Below the pieces are notes generated by a model. The model had not been told where the DNA came from. It saw only the letters and a program-made list of their open reading frames with translations, and did not search any database. From Malacoraja senta (taxonomy: Eukaryota): 64,000 nt of DNA. Of this stretch, positions 24,055 through 37,466 are shown piece by piece (the first letter of the stretch is position 1; every line of letters begins with the position of its first letter). The stretch lies in the NCBI GenBank assembly GCA_038087875.1, contig CM075996.1, positions 6,202,001 to 6,266,000 of the forward strand, given 5' to 3'. A program made the position numbers and the translations under genes.

Positions 24055-25303
24055 GTGAGGCAACTGTGTTGATGTGGTGTTGCAGTGCTTAAGATTTATT
24101 TTTTGGATGTATTTAGTGCAAACTCTTGCTTGATTTTATATGCCATAATATTTTTGGACATACAAGATTATTACATTGTATCAAACTGCATAAAACCATA
24201 GATCAATTAGGTCACCACACCTTTCATGGATATTCCCTCCAAATGAACTGTTCTTATTTTCTCACCCTGTTGACATAGCTCTTCAACATCTTTCACTTTG
24301 ATCAATGAAGTCTTGAATGCTTTAATGACCAGCCGGATTGTAAACTGTATATAAACTTTTCTTCAGCTTCTTTTCTAAATCTTTTGCTTTCTCAACCTTT
24401 GTCTTTATATATGGCTCAATGGATTTATGAACAATATGTTGGAAATCTGAGCCATTTCTGGGAGAAAGTCCCAAGATTAATCCCTTGCAGTTTTTTTTGC
24501 TGGTTTGAGCTGGGTAGCAGTTAAGTTCAGTGTTCTTGGTTTTGGAAGTGGTGTGGGGGAAAGTTTTTTTTTTCCTAATTTGCTTTTTGGTAACAATAGA
24601 GTTGAAAGAGATAAAAGTCCAATGAACCAGTATCAGGCAGAAATATCGCAAATAGGATCAAGATTATTGCTTTAAAAAAACGACCACCTGCTGAACTAAA
24701 AACAAGGAACTATAGATGCTGGTTTACGAATAAAGTTGCAAAGTGTTGTAGTATCAACTATCAATGCCCCACACCCTTCCCCTTCTATCCCCTCTTCCCC
24801 GTGCCCCACCTAAACTCGTAACAATTTCACCCCTCCCCCTCTCCTTCCACCTGTCTTCCTTCCTCTCGCTTCACAATTAGCATCTCTTCAATCCTTTTGT
24901 CTAACACCTACTGTCTTTTCATCTCTGGCCTTTGTCCAACTATCTGCCTACAGATGTTGCCCTCATCTGTATCAACCTATTACCTGCCAGGATTTTGTCT
25001 TGCCCCTCCTTTCTTCCATCCCCAATAGACAGTCTGAAGAAGGGTCCTCACCTGAAACGTCACCTATCCATGTTCTCCTGAAATGCTGCCTGACCCAGTG
25101 ATTTACTCCAGCACGTTGTCTTTTCACCCAATTAACTGATTGTCAGTTGCCCAATAAACACATGATTTTTGATCGTGTGACTTCACATTGTGTTACTTCA
25201 ATAAAGGTGGCGGAAATGTTTTTTTAAACTATCTAAAAATCATACTGGTTTTGAATTTGAGTGGGAGTAAATTGCTGCGTAACATGTGCTTTGTACCCAA
25301 CAG

Positions 25304-25397
25304 AACAAGAAGCAGCGAATGATGGTGCGGGCAGCTGTACTCAAGATGAAGGACCCAAAACAGATAATCAAAGACATGGAGAAACTGGATGAAATGG
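25304..25397 (+). CDS. WBP11: WBP11 coding exon 3
   Basis: NKKQRMMVRAAVLKMKDPKQIIKDMEKLDEM; 94 nt. Confidence 0.97.
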
Positions 25398-25714
25398 GTA
25401 AATAATAATTAAAAGATTATTCCGTGCAAGAATTATAAAATAACTCCAATCAACTTGTCCTTGGAAGGATCAGTAGACTTAGAATTCTGATCAGCATATA
25501 TCAGATTAACTCTACTCCAGTTCGTGCTCAGGACACCACCAGACTCCATCACGTTGTTGGGTCGGGGGTTCGGCATGTTTTTGAGTGTTTGGAGCAGAGT
25601 TTTGATGATATTTAATGTGCAGCTTTGGTGCTCGGTGCTGTCAGTATACTGTAAAGGCACTGGTTCTGCAGGCTGATTTGAGCTGACTTTCTTTTTCCCC
25701 CAAATATCATGCAG

Positions 25715-25911
25715 AGTTCAATCCTGTTCAACAGCCCCAGCTTAATGAGAAAGTGTTGAAAGATAAGCGGAAAAAGCTGCGCGAGACGTTTGAGCGTATC
25801 CTGCGTCTGTATGAGAAGGAAAATACAGATTTTTATAAGGAGCTGCGGAAGCTCGAGACCGAATATGAACAGAAACGATCGCAACTCTGCCAGTTCTTTG
25901 ACGCTGTCAAG
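25715..25911 (+). CDS. WBP11: WBP11 coding exon 4
   Basis: EFNPVQQPQLNEKVLKDKRKKLRETFERILRLYEKE...FFDAVK; 197 nt. Confidence 0.97.
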
Positions 25912-27600
25912 GTGAGGGATGAGTTGAAACCATTGTCTGTGTGTCATAGAAATGTTTTCTGTCACTTTGTTAACCAGTATGTTCCTGTTATTCATCTCCA
26001 TGGACGGCCCTTATCATAAAATGGTGATAGTTGTTAATTATGTGGGTTTGAGGTGAAAGTATACTTTGCTTGTCATTCCCATGTTTCCTTTATTGGAAAC
26101 ACACATTAATTTTATGTATTTCTGCTTTGGCCTATATCTCTCTTGAGCTGGTGTAGAATGTATGTTTTGTTCAACATGATTTAATTTTTAGTGGTTTTGG
26201 AAATCAATCACAAAATAACCTCCAATGTTTTTTCCATATTAGCAATATTGCTTTCAGAGATCAAAGAGCTGAATGTCACTCTGCTGCAATGGCATCTCTC
26301 TTTTACAGTTGGGGCATATTGCTTAAGCAGGGAAAGGAACAATTTGTTCTGCATTTAACTGTGCTCCACTAATCTGGCAATATTGATGACACTCAGAGAG
26401 CAACTCGTCTGCTTTAAGAAAAAAAATGAGTGCTGCCTCTGTATGCAATTCCAATTGGTATAATTTTCCATTATTTAAAAATTCAATGTTGTACATTGTA
26501 TTAAACTTTGACTGAAAACATATAACCCCAGATGGGGTTATCCCATTTGGTACAGTCAACATGTTGGTACACTTGACCATTGTTTTACTGGCTTTATCAT
26601 TTTGCAGTTTGCAGGGTGCACCAACCACATGCTTGAAGCCTAGTCCCTCTAACGTAAATGGTTCTGAGTTTGCTGTTTTTACTGTTCTCTTTAATTCACA
26701 TCCATGAATAATGGATAAAATATAAAGTGAAGACGGCAATGGATAACTTCAATCAATATCAAGAGACGTTGCTTTCATGTTGCACATTCCCCTATCGACC
26801 TTCCTCTTGATGGTGCTGGTTAGCTATTGTCTTCTGCAATGAACACTAATGTCTCAAAATGGAGAGGAGAATTCCAAAGATGTTGTGCACAACTTTATTA
26901 ATGAAAGGATACCACTCCTGTAATGAGGCTCACTATTGCAATTATTACCAGATGTTGCTTTGGCAAAGTCTTTCATTTTGAAGAGATATTTAAAGGTAGT
27001 TTTCTACATATGGATCTGTACTGAAACCAGTGGGGCGAGTGTAGCTCATTGAAGTCTGTAGACTGGATCTGATCAAAGAAGTTTGAGGTCAAGGGAGGAA
27101 TAAGATAAAACTCTGAGCCCAGTAGAAAATGACAAAATGGGTATGTTTATTGATGGTGAGCAAAAGATGTCTTTTAGAGGATTTCAAGTAATGTTAAAAT
27201 ATCTCGCATGTCCTTTGGAACTGACAAGGGATCGTTTGACCTTGAAGCTGTGTATTTAAAGTGAATACCTTGTTCCCTGTTAGTATTACTTTCCTCTGGT
27301 GCAAGTAGAGTTTTTAAGTCTGGTAGCAAAAAAAACCAAACCTAATTGGTAATCATTTGGGGGTCCATCCAAACTGATCTCTGCTGCTGTTGGGCATTTA
27401 TAATCCAGTGCAGTTGTTGGTATTGTTCTGTCAGCTTCACCTTTGGGGAATTATGTTACTTTAGGACATCTAAAGCAACGAAACATGGTTGAAATAATGT
27501 AAATCAAAGGTCATTGAAAGTGTTGTCGGATTGTGAGCATAGTTTAAAAAAAACATTGCACAAAGGAACCAAGAGTAAGAATGTTTGCTTGTTTGAACAG

Positions 27601-27734
27601 AATGCCCAACACGTGGAGGTGGAGAGTATTCCGCTGCCAGATATGCCTCATGCACCATCAAACATCATGATTCAGGACATACCCCTCCCTGGAGCTCAGC
27701 CACCTTCCATATTGAAGAAAACATCAGCTTACGG
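27601..27734 (+). CDS. WBP11: WBP11 coding exon 5
   Basis: NAQHVEVESIPLPDMPHAPSNIMIQDIPLPGAQPPSILKKTSAY; 134 nt. Confidence 0.97.
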
Positions 27735-28140
27735 GTGAGCAGTAATGATATGAAAGGTTCCTATTCTTCCCTATAGTCATCAGGCTATTAAACATTGCAA
27801 CCTCATTAAAGCCCTGAACTACAATAGACTATTATTATTATTGCACTATTTAGTTGTTTTTTTGAGTATGTGGATGTATATATAAATATATTGTGAGTAT
27901 GTGTATATATATATATATATATATATACTCACTGAACTTTTCTTTTCTCATTTAGCATATCATACTCTTTTACATATTCTGTTGTGCTGTAGCAACTAAG
28001 AATTTCATTGCTCTATCTGGGACTTATGACAATAAAACACTCTTGACTTGATATTGGGGCAATGTGAAGTGCCTTATTTTTTTTAGTGGGTCTTTGTGGG
28101 ACAGGGTAAAACATCATAATGTTGTTTTTCTGTTCTGCAG

Positions 28141-28340
28141 ACCAGCCTCCAAACCTGTCACACTCGTGCCCCTTCCTTCCTATGGGGTTCCACGACTGCC
28201 ACCTGGTAAGAAGCCACCTGGACCTCCCCCGGGTCCTCCACCGCCTCAGGTGTTAGCGCTTTATGGCAGAAGGATGGGCCCTCCTCCAGGTATACCTATG
28301 ATGGGTAAAGATGAAGATAACGTCTATGATCCTGAAATTG
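28141..28340 (+). CDS. WBP11: WBP11 coding exon 6
   Basis: PASKPV...PRLPPGKKPPGPPPGPPPPQVL...YDPEI; 200 nt; donor GTAAGA. Confidence 0.95.
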
Positions 28341-28474
28341 GTAAGACACCTGTTTACAGAAGCTGATTAACCTGCTTAGAGTCTGTTTTCTTGTGCTGCT
28401 CTTGGCGGATGGGCTAACTGTGGAGCCACTGTGGATCCTATATACATTATCCCAACCGGTTCTTTGCCTTTTAG

Positions 28475-28669
28475 AGATTCAGGATATGCAAGAGGACGAG
28501 GAAGAGGAAGACAGTGGGGATGACGACTACAATGATGACATGGAGCAGGATCTAGATGGAGATCGAGATGATCAGGATGAAGACAGCGACGACTCAAAAG
28601 ATAAAGACAGTGATGATGATTTTCGGCATCGAGATGAAGATGATGACAGGCTGGATGATGATAAACCAG
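28475..28669 (+). CDS. WBP11: WBP11 coding exon 7 (acidic region)
   Basis: EIQDMQEDEEEEDSGDDDY...DDDKP; 195 nt; phase 1-1. Confidence 0.9.
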
Positions 28670-29120
28670 GTATGCACTGCATTATTTGGGTTGTCACTGC
28701 AATGGAGGGTTACATCTTATACATGGTCAATTTGTGGGATGATCATATGATCCAGTGCTTCATAGGAACAAATGTTGACCCCATTTTACGGCCGCACCAT
28801 ACTGTCAATTTTGTTTCCAATTTGTTGATGAATGCATGTTCAACAAAGACTTTTGTGAACATGACTTGGGCACTCTTTCTAATTGAGGCAGAGACTGGAG
28901 CTACTCTACAAGCATGACATGCATTGGAATGACATTATTGCATGTGTTGGTATGACTTGCAATGGAACTTGCCGGCTAAAGCCCAAATTTGTAAGGCATT
29001 TTAAAGGCAGCAAGAATTGGTGGCATTTCCTTATGGCTTGACTATTCTGCCCCTCATCTTAGATTGCTATTTACCAGAATATTGAAAAATGTTTATGGAA
29101 CGTGTATTGTTTTTCCACAG

Positions 29121-29222
29121 GACGCATTGTACGGTTTGCAGATGTGCTGGACAAACACAAGAAGAAAATTAAGAATCTGAAGGAGCTGACTCCCCTGCAG
29201 GCCATGATGCTTCGAATGGCAG
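29121..29222 (+). CDS. WBP11: WBP11 coding exon 8 (PP1-binding RVxF-type motif)
   Basis: GRIVRFADVLDKHKKKIKNLKELTPLQAMMLRMA; 102 nt. Confidence 0.95.
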
Positions 29223-30034
29223 GTGAGTAATGATGCCTTTCACTGGAGAGAGTGGTGATTCACGGGCATGTTGCTTCACATTAGGAGAAAGCAGATGGTA
29301 CTGTGCAAGTAGCTCATGCAAGCAATCTGGGTAGTTGTTAAATTAACTTTACAATTGTCCCTTTTGGTATTGGTTTATTATAGTCAGGTGTACCTGGTGT
29401 TTGTTTTCTGTCCAGTTAAATCAAATCATACTATCCATGAGTACAATCAAGCCATACACATACAACGGAAAGTGCAAAGAGAAAAATGCCAGGGTGCCGT
29501 ATACAGATGCTGAGACCATGGATAAGGAGTTTTAGAATAATGTGTCAAATATTTGGACCTGCGATGGGAAGGTTATTCATATGGTGGATGGGGAATGTCT
29601 CATTCTTTCAGCATATCCATGAGATAACATTTTGTTCCAGAGGGATATGGTGTGGGAAAGTGGACCTGATGATAAATTACCCATGATCATATTGAATGGC
29701 GAAGCAGGCAGAAGGATCTCGCGGCATGTTAGTTCTTATTCCCATGTTATTGTCTAGCAGCTTGCTGGCGATGCTGAGTTGGTAATAATTTGACATATTT
29801 TAAAAATAAAGTTTACTGACTTGTATGTTGGATTTGGGTTTGTCACTCACAACTGATGTTCTTTGGTAATGAAAGTTTTCTGGGCAAGCATATCATTACT
29901 AGTGACTTAAAGAGGAGTCTGTTATTCAATCTAGTTTTAAGGTTTACAACGCTTGTATTTTCGGTTTCTTCAGTGCCTTTGTAGAGGTGTCTGCAGAACG
30001 GTGAAATTACAATACAGTATTTGCTTTCTAACAG

Positions 30035-30316
30035 GGCAAGATTTTCCAGAGGATGACGAGGACGAGGAGGAAGAGCCCAATGGTGAAAGGGGCCCTGAAG
30101 AGGAGAAGATGGATACAGAGGAACAGAGTCGTGACAAACGACCGCTGGAGGAAACCCAGCCAGAAGGGCCGCAGATGCCACCGCCGCCGCAGATGCCTCC
30201 TAGAGCACCAATGCAAGCTCCACCAATGCCTGGGCCTCCTCCCCTTGGACCTCCACCTGCTCCTCCCCTGAGACCCCCAGGGCCACCTTCTGGCCTGCCG
30301 CCAGGACCACCCCCAG
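30035..30316 (+). CDS. WBP11: WBP11 coding exon 9
   Basis: GQDFPEDDEDEEEE...PPMPGPPPLGPPPAPPLRPPGPPSGLPPGPPP; 282 nt. Confidence 0.95.
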
Positions 30317-30777
30317 GTGAGAAACCGGACTGAAGTGGTGAACCAGCTCTGAATGATGTTTCAGTTTAGTTTATTGTCACGTGTACAGTAAAAAGCTTTT
30401 GTTGAGTGCTAACCAGTCAGCAGAAAGACAATACATCATTACAATCGAGTCATTTACAGTGTAGGGATACATGATAAGGGAATTACGTTTAGTGCAAGGT
30501 AAAGCCAGCAAAGTCCGATCAAGGGTAGTCCGAGGGACATCAGAGGTAGATAGTAGTTCAGCGCTACTCTCTGGTTGTGGTAGGATGATTCGGTTGCCTG
30601 ATAACAGGTGGCAAGTAACTGTCACTGAATCTGGAGGTGTCCGTTTTCACACTTCTATACCTTTTACCTGATGGAAGAGGAGAGAAGAGGGAATGACTAG
30701 GGTATGACTCGTCCATGATTATGCTGCTGGCCTTGCCGAGGCATCATGAAGTATAAATGGAGTTAATAGAAGGGAGG

Positions 30778-32132
30778 TACACAAAAATGCTGGAGAAACG
30801 CAGCGGGTGCAGCAGCATCTATGGAGCGAAGGAAATAGGTAACGTTTCGGGCCGAAACCCATCTTCAAACTGATAGGGGGTGGGGAGAAGAAAGGAAAAA
30901 AGGAAAAGGAGGAGGAGGAGCCCGAGGGCTGGGGGAGGGGCGGAGACAACCAGATGGCTGATGAAGGGGAGGGGACAGCCAGGGCTAGCAGAATTGGGAG
31001 AATTCAACGTTCAGGCCACCAGGATGTAGACTGCCCAAGCGGAATATGAGGTGCATTTCCTCCAATTTACGGTGATGCTCGCTGTGGCCATGGAGGAGAC
31101 CCAGGACAGAGAGGTCAGATACGGAATGGGAGGGGGAGTTGAAGTGCTGAGCCACCGGGAGTTCAGGTTGGTTATTGCGGACCGACCGGAGGTGTTCGGC
31201 GAAACGATCGCCAAGCCTCCGCTTGGTCTCACCGATGTAGATCAGCTGGCATCTAGAGCAGCGAATGCAATAGATGAGGTTGGAGGAGATGCAGGTGAAC
31301 CTCTGTCGCACCTGGAACGACTGCTTGGGTCCTGGAATGGAGTGGAGGGGGGAAGTGAAGGGACAAGTGTTGCATCTCTTGCGGTTGCAAGGGAAAGTAC
31401 CAGGGGAGGGGGTGGTATGGGAGGGAAGGGAAGAATTGACAAGGGAGTTACGGAGGGAGCGGTCTTTGCGGAAGGCAGACATAGGGGGAGATGGGAAGAT
31501 GTGGCGAGTGGTGGGGTCACGTTGGAGGTGGCGGAACTGACGGAGGATCACTTGTATGTGACGGCTGGTGGGGTGAAAGGTGAGGACTAGGGGGACTCTG
31601 CCTTTGTTGTGAGTGGGGGGATGGGGAGAGAGAGCAGTGTTGCGGGGTATGGCAGAGACCCTGGTGCAAGCCTCATCTATGGTGGAGGAGGGGAACCCCC
31701 GTTCCCTGAAGAATGAGGACATTTCAGATGCCCTGGTGTGGAACGCCTCATCCTGGGAGCAGATGCGGCGTAGACGGAGGAATTGGGAGTGGGGGATGGA
31801 GTCCTTACAGGAAGCAGGGTGGGAAGAAGTGTAGTCCAGATAGCCATGGGAGTCGGTAGGTTTGTAGTGGATGTCGGTAAGGAGTCTATCACCTGCGATG
31901 GAGATAGTGAGGTCAAGGAATGGTAGGGAAGTGTCGGAAATGGTCCAGGTGTATTTGAGTGCCGGATGGAAGTTGGTGGTGAAGCGGATGAAGTCAGTCA
32001 GTTGTGTGTGGGTGCAGGATGTGGCACCAAAACAATCATCGATGTAGCGGAGGTAGAGGTCGGGGATGGGGCCCTGGTACGCATTGAACAGGTCTATCAC
32101 CTGCGATGGAGATAGTGAGGTCAAGGAATGGT
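30778..32132 (-). mobile_element. 5'-truncated Penelope-like retroelement (partial RT plus GIY-YIG endonuclease)
   Basis: Uninterrupted ORF 30985-32124 with YLRYIDD (RT) and NLIYCIRCSRCQLIYIGETKRRLGDRFAEH (GIY-YIG); the 3' UTR carries the hammerhead-like cassette; antisense in the WBP11 intron after coding exon 9. Confidence 0.92.
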
Positions 32133-34438
32133 CTGGGCTGCGTCCACAATTCGCTGCAATTTCTTGCGGTCCGGGATGGAGCTATTCCCAAACCAAGCTG
32201 TGATGCATCCTAATGTGACTGGCAATAAAATCATTAAAGATGGAAACTGAACATTGGCTTGTCCTGCTGCTGTAAACACATTGAAATGAGCATCGAGCTG
32301 TGAGCTTGCACCGTCTGCCTTGCCAGGAGATGTTGCTCTGTCTGACACGATCAATTAAAGTGTACGCAGTTGAAGCAGGGTGAAGAACTTGGAAGTAAAC
32401 GTTTAAACTGACTAGGTTTTCTTTTGAAGTGTTGCAGAATCGAATCTAGTCTGAAGACAATTGACTTTTATGAGAGCTAGTGATGCGGTCAGTGTAGTAA
32501 ATTAATACATTTTTAACTAATGCTTATGAGTAGCAATTTCTAGCATCTTCACATTGTGAATGAAATAATTTGTGAAGGAAGAGTGGTTCTTTGATGCAAG
32601 GTCCTTGCTATGTGCACCTAGGCCATTTTTATAGATTTCTAAGCCTTAAATAGCTGAAGGGCAATAGTGTCTGAACCAGCTCATTTATGGTTCCAACTCA
32701 GCTGAGAGAAGGAAAATTGTTTTAGCGTGTGGACACTATCACTTGGGGAAATAAAATTAAAATAATTGAATGGAGCGAGTTGAAGCAAGCAGCAAATTTA
32801 GTATTTTTTAAATGTTGCTTTAATTGGATACATGTGTCAGACTAAGGCACATTATTGGCAATGAAGAGAAACTGTGCTCTACGTCTATGCCAAATTTCCA
32901 AGTGCTTATTGCTTCTAAAATGTGTAGGAAGGATCTGCAGATGTTGTTTACACTGAAGATAGCCACAAAATGCTGGAGTAACTGTGGGACAGGCAGCATC
33001 TCTGGAGAAAAGGAGTAGGTGATGTTTCAGGTCGGAACATGGAAACGTCTGAAGAAGGGTTCTGACCCAAAATGGCACCTACACCTTTTCTCTAGAGACG
33101 CTGCCTGAGCCACTGAGTTTCTCCAGCATTTTGTCTGCTTATTGCTTCCATTGTGTGTGTAAAATAGCATTCAATTCCTTATTAGTGATAATCCTCTCCT
33201 TGATCAGCTTGCCCAAAGATTGTCTTTAGAAGTAAATCTCCCGTCCTTATTAAATGTTTGATTCCTGTGCTTGCTCTGTAATTGACCAATTCACAGGTTG
33301 TTCCATCGCATTTTTTAAATGATATTTAAACTTGGACTCCTGAAATTTTTCTTATATTAGAATTGTAGATCGGAAATTTTTAAAAGCAAGGTGGGATCTT
33401 TATGGAAAATGATGACACTTGTAATCAGGAGATTAAGCATTTTGATTAGTTGTAAGAGCAGTAATAAGTAAAACAATAATAGGCCACGGCCCATTTAACA
33501 TTTCCATTCAATAAGATTAAGGCTAATATTTTACCTCCATATTTCCTTCCTGTACAAACCTGATTATCCATTGATTGCCTTAATATCTGAAAATCTCTTG
33601 ATTTCAGTCTTGGATATACTCTGCTACAAAGCCTCAGTAATCCTCTTGGATAGAGAATTCCAAGACTGGAGAAATGTAATCCCTGAATCTAAACTGTCAC
33701 TGTCTCCTATTTGACAAACACACTATTCCAGTGAACCTTATGGTTCACTATCTCCGTTGCAGCTCCGTATATTGTAAGACCAGGCCTATTGACAACATTC
33801 TAAACAAATTCTCACCAGGGGCCTCTATTATCGCAAGGCGTCTCTACTTGGTACTTTAATGCTCTTTCAATAAAGGCCAACATATTGATGCTTTCCAAAT
33901 TGCTTACTGTATCCGTCAGCTACCTCAGTGATTTATGTACCAGTTCACTTTAAACCTTTCTGTTTTTCTATTTAAAATATTTGCTACCTTTTCTCTTGTG
34001 AAGTGATTGACTTCACTTTTTTTGTTGCATTTGCCATGTCCTTACCCATTAATTTAACCAGAAAAGAAATTTCCCTGAAGCTTCTCTGCACTTTTCTCAT
34101 GACCGACTGTCGCCCATCTTTGTAGCATCAATAAATGGCTATATTGCAATTGGTACTGTCTGCTAAGTAATTGATAAAGATTGTGAACTGTTGGATCCCA
34201 GCTCCTATGCCTGCCAGACTCCATAGTTTACAGCCATGAAAATGACCCACTTGATCAGCTATGTTCTAAATTGTGAATACCATTCCAGGATTTATTGAGT
34301 CTGAAGAAGGGTCTTGACCCAAAATGTCACCTATCCCTTTTCTCCAGAGAGGTGGCCTGACCCGCTGAGTTACTCCAGCTTTTTGTGTCTCTGCAGGATT
34401 TATTTAGTCTAACCTGTAATGTGTGCATTTTACCACAG

Positions 34439-34621
34439 GGGCACCTCCATTCATACGGCCGCCAGGGTTACCCGGAATCAGAGGACCGCTTCCACGGCTG
34501 CTTCCTCCCGGACCACCTCCTGGACGACCTCCTGGTCCACCACCGGGACCCCCACCCGGCCTTCCCCCAGGCCCACCACCACGGGGGCCCCCTCCCAGGT
34601 TGCCACCACCTGCACCCCCAG
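34439..34621 (+). CDS. WBP11: WBP11 coding exon 10 (proline-rich)
   Basis: GAPPFIRPPGLPGIRGPLPRLLPPGPPPGRPPGPPPG...PPAPP; 183 nt; donor GTAAGT. Confidence 0.95.
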
Positions 34622-36008
34622 GTAAGTTGGAATACACTGGTCTTGTCTGTTTTTGTATGTTTATAAACTTATAGTATTGACCTGTTGGTGGGTCTGTGAG
34701 CCTACTGCATATGTCCCACTTAACAACGAGTAAGCCATTTAGAACGGAGACGAGGAAACACTTTTTCTCACAGAGAGTGGTGAGTCTGTGGAATTATCTG
34801 CCTCAGAGGGCAGTGGAGGCAGGTTCTCTGGATGCTTTCAAGAGAGAGCTAGATAGGGCTCTTAAAAATAGCGGAGTCTGGGGATATGGGGAGAAGGCAG
34901 GAACGGGGTACTGATTGGGGATGATCAGCTATGATCACATTGAATGGTGGTGCTGGCTCGAAGGGCCGAATGGCCTACTCCTGCACCTATTGTCTATTGC
35001 ATAACACAGTGAAACTGTTGATAACTTTAACTGAGACGACTGTAAATTGAATGCAAGCTCTTATTTGTCTGTTTTTTCCCCTTTATTATCCTTTCAACCA
35101 TAGTTTAACCACCCGAACTCTAGCCTTTCCCAATCAGAGATACTTTCTTTGTCCAATCTACCCTTTCTGCGCTCTGCAACTAATAACTAACTTGCTTTCT
35201 TTAATTTAACTGATGAAAGTTCTTTGTCCTGAAACTTTAACTTTGTTCTCCTTCCGCACATGCTCTGAGCGTTTCTAATGTTTTGCGCCTGGTTTTGGAT
35301 TTATGGCATCTGCAATTACTTTTTTGATTTTCAGGAAATTTATTTTCCTATATTTAGTAAACTATTAATTGACTGAAAATTCTGCTTGTCTTGAGTATTA
35401 TAAAGCTGGCAAGAAAATGAAAACATTGATCTCTTGGAAGACAGTTTTTATGTGCCATCTATGACGATCAGTGTGAAAAGTAACTATTCAAGTAGACTTG
35501 TTTATAATTCCAAAACTAGTGTGACTATATCAATGATACGTATTGAGAAAGGTTTGTTATTGAACCCATGGGATAGAGAGCAGGCACCTTTATACCATTC
35601 AGCTGGTTTCACTATTCAACATGATCTACCTTTAGAAGGATTTTCAAACCTTTATTTTTATTTTTTGTAAGCCTGAATGCTATTAAATACAATCTGCTTC
35701 TTAGGACGTGCTGTATTTTCTCTAATGCACATTGAAAATAATGTCCTGCCTCTAATAAACAGGTTACAGTAAGCTGAAATTGGCATTTAAAGTATTAAAT
35801 GAGCCATGGACAGGCTGTAAAATAAAAAGAAGTTTCTAATTATTTTGCAGTCAACTTGATTTTTTTTGGAGTTACACAGTTTGTCATTTACATTCTTTAA
35901 AATGAAACCACAGTTTGCATGTACCTTTTGTACAGTATGCTAAAAGTTCACATGAGAAAAAGTAATGACTCATTTTTCAAAGATGTCTACATTTTTTTCC
36001 TTTTCAAG

Positions 36009-36424
36009 GTATCCCGCCTCCTCGGCCAGGTATGATACGCCCACCGTTAGCTCCTCCACTTGGGCCTGCACCGCCAGGACTGTTCCCTCCAGGCCCAGTA
36101 CCGAACCCTGGAGTCCTAAGTGCTCCTCCAAGTCTCATCCAGCGTCCGAAAATGGATGACAATGTGACCACCATCGAGAAGAAAGCCATCGCCACCATCA
36201 GCGCGAAGCCCCAAATCACCAATCCAAAGGCAGAGATCACCCGCTTTGTACCCACGGCCTTGCGGGTCAAGCGTGAAAATAAGAATCAGACACCAATGAA
36301 GAAAGGAGAGGAAGAGACTGTTACCCTGATAAAGCCAATACCAAAAGCCGCACCTGCTGTCTCAATCCAAACAAAGGATGACATATACGAGTCTTTTATG
36401 AAAGAAATGGAAGGTCTTTTGTAA
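36009..36424 (+). CDS. WBP11: WBP11 coding exon 11 (terminal)
   Basis: GIPPPRPGMIRPPL...KAEITRFVPTALRV...TKDDIYESFMKEMEGLL*; the exons sum to 1899 nt (632 aa plus stop). Confidence 0.97.
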
Positions 36425-37363
36425 CTAACTCAGACTTTTGCCCCTTGACTACCACTCTCTAAGCAATTCTTCGTTTTGAGATTTATGTGTATATTCATCC
36501 CAAGTTTGCTTTCTTTTTTAAAAGATGCATTACTGTAATATGAATGCTTGTGTGTGTGGTACACTGACTTGACAAATGTTATACATATAATGCAACTCAA
36601 CCTAATGTGATCTCTATGGGTAGGAATTTTGTAGCTGAGAACAGGCCCTAGCTTGTGAGGTTTCGAACGCTGTGCTGGAGATCAGTCTTGCTGCCCATTA
36701 GAAAACCTCTTATTAATGGCGGTTTAAAAAAATCGGGTTCCGGCAGTAAAATATTGCGTCACATGTGGAGTCAAGCATTTGAGATGATATTTGTTTAGAA
36801 TAAGCATTATTATCAAAACCAGAGTTTAAAAGATGACTGCTTCAAGGTAAGGGATGTCGGGATTGATTTACAGAGACAGTTTTTTGCAGCATATTGTGGG
36901 AAAGATATATTTTGCATTTGTGCATAACTTAAACCCAGGATTCCCTAGTGCTGTTTCATCCTTTCACCATAACAATTTGAGAAAACAGTTTAGATCGATA
37001 AGTTTAAAAGCATTGGAGCAAAGCATGTATCACTGGTCATGCACTAGCTTTCATGAGTCCCTCCAGCATAATATCTTGGCTCAACTAAATTGCTTTGAGA
37101 TGCTACATTTATTAAACATGCTAGCAATGTGATAAGAGGGGGCATTCTCCTATTGATGTCTACTGAAACCATTATTTCTATTTTGTGTTGTATGTATGTG
37201 TGTATAACCTTCAGTGGTATCTCTGCCTGGTCTTCAATTGAATGCTTACACCGTTTCTATGTTCATATTTTACATTTTGCATTTTGGTGCTGGTGTGTAC
37301 AGAGGCAGAAACTAGACTGGACTGGAAAGAGCTTTCACTGATCTCTTCCTCATGCTGCTTTAC

Positions 37364-37466
37364 AATAAAAGTTCAAGGAATCCCCTTAAGATTTTTTTGG
37401 AAATTGATTGGAAAATAAATATTTGATAATTTGTCTTTTGCCAGTGTGCAATGTGACATTAATAAA
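37364..37466 (+). terminator. Cluster of candidate WBP11 polyadenylation signals
   Basis: AATAAA at 37364, 37414 and 37461 after a ~1-kb, apparently repeat-free, AU-rich 3' UTR. Confidence 0.55.

Noticed and set aside
26000..35990. Intronic snoRNAs in WBP11
   Set aside because: No convincing C/D box pair with a terminal stem or H/ACA architecture was recognised by eye; this cannot be excluded without a covariance-model search.
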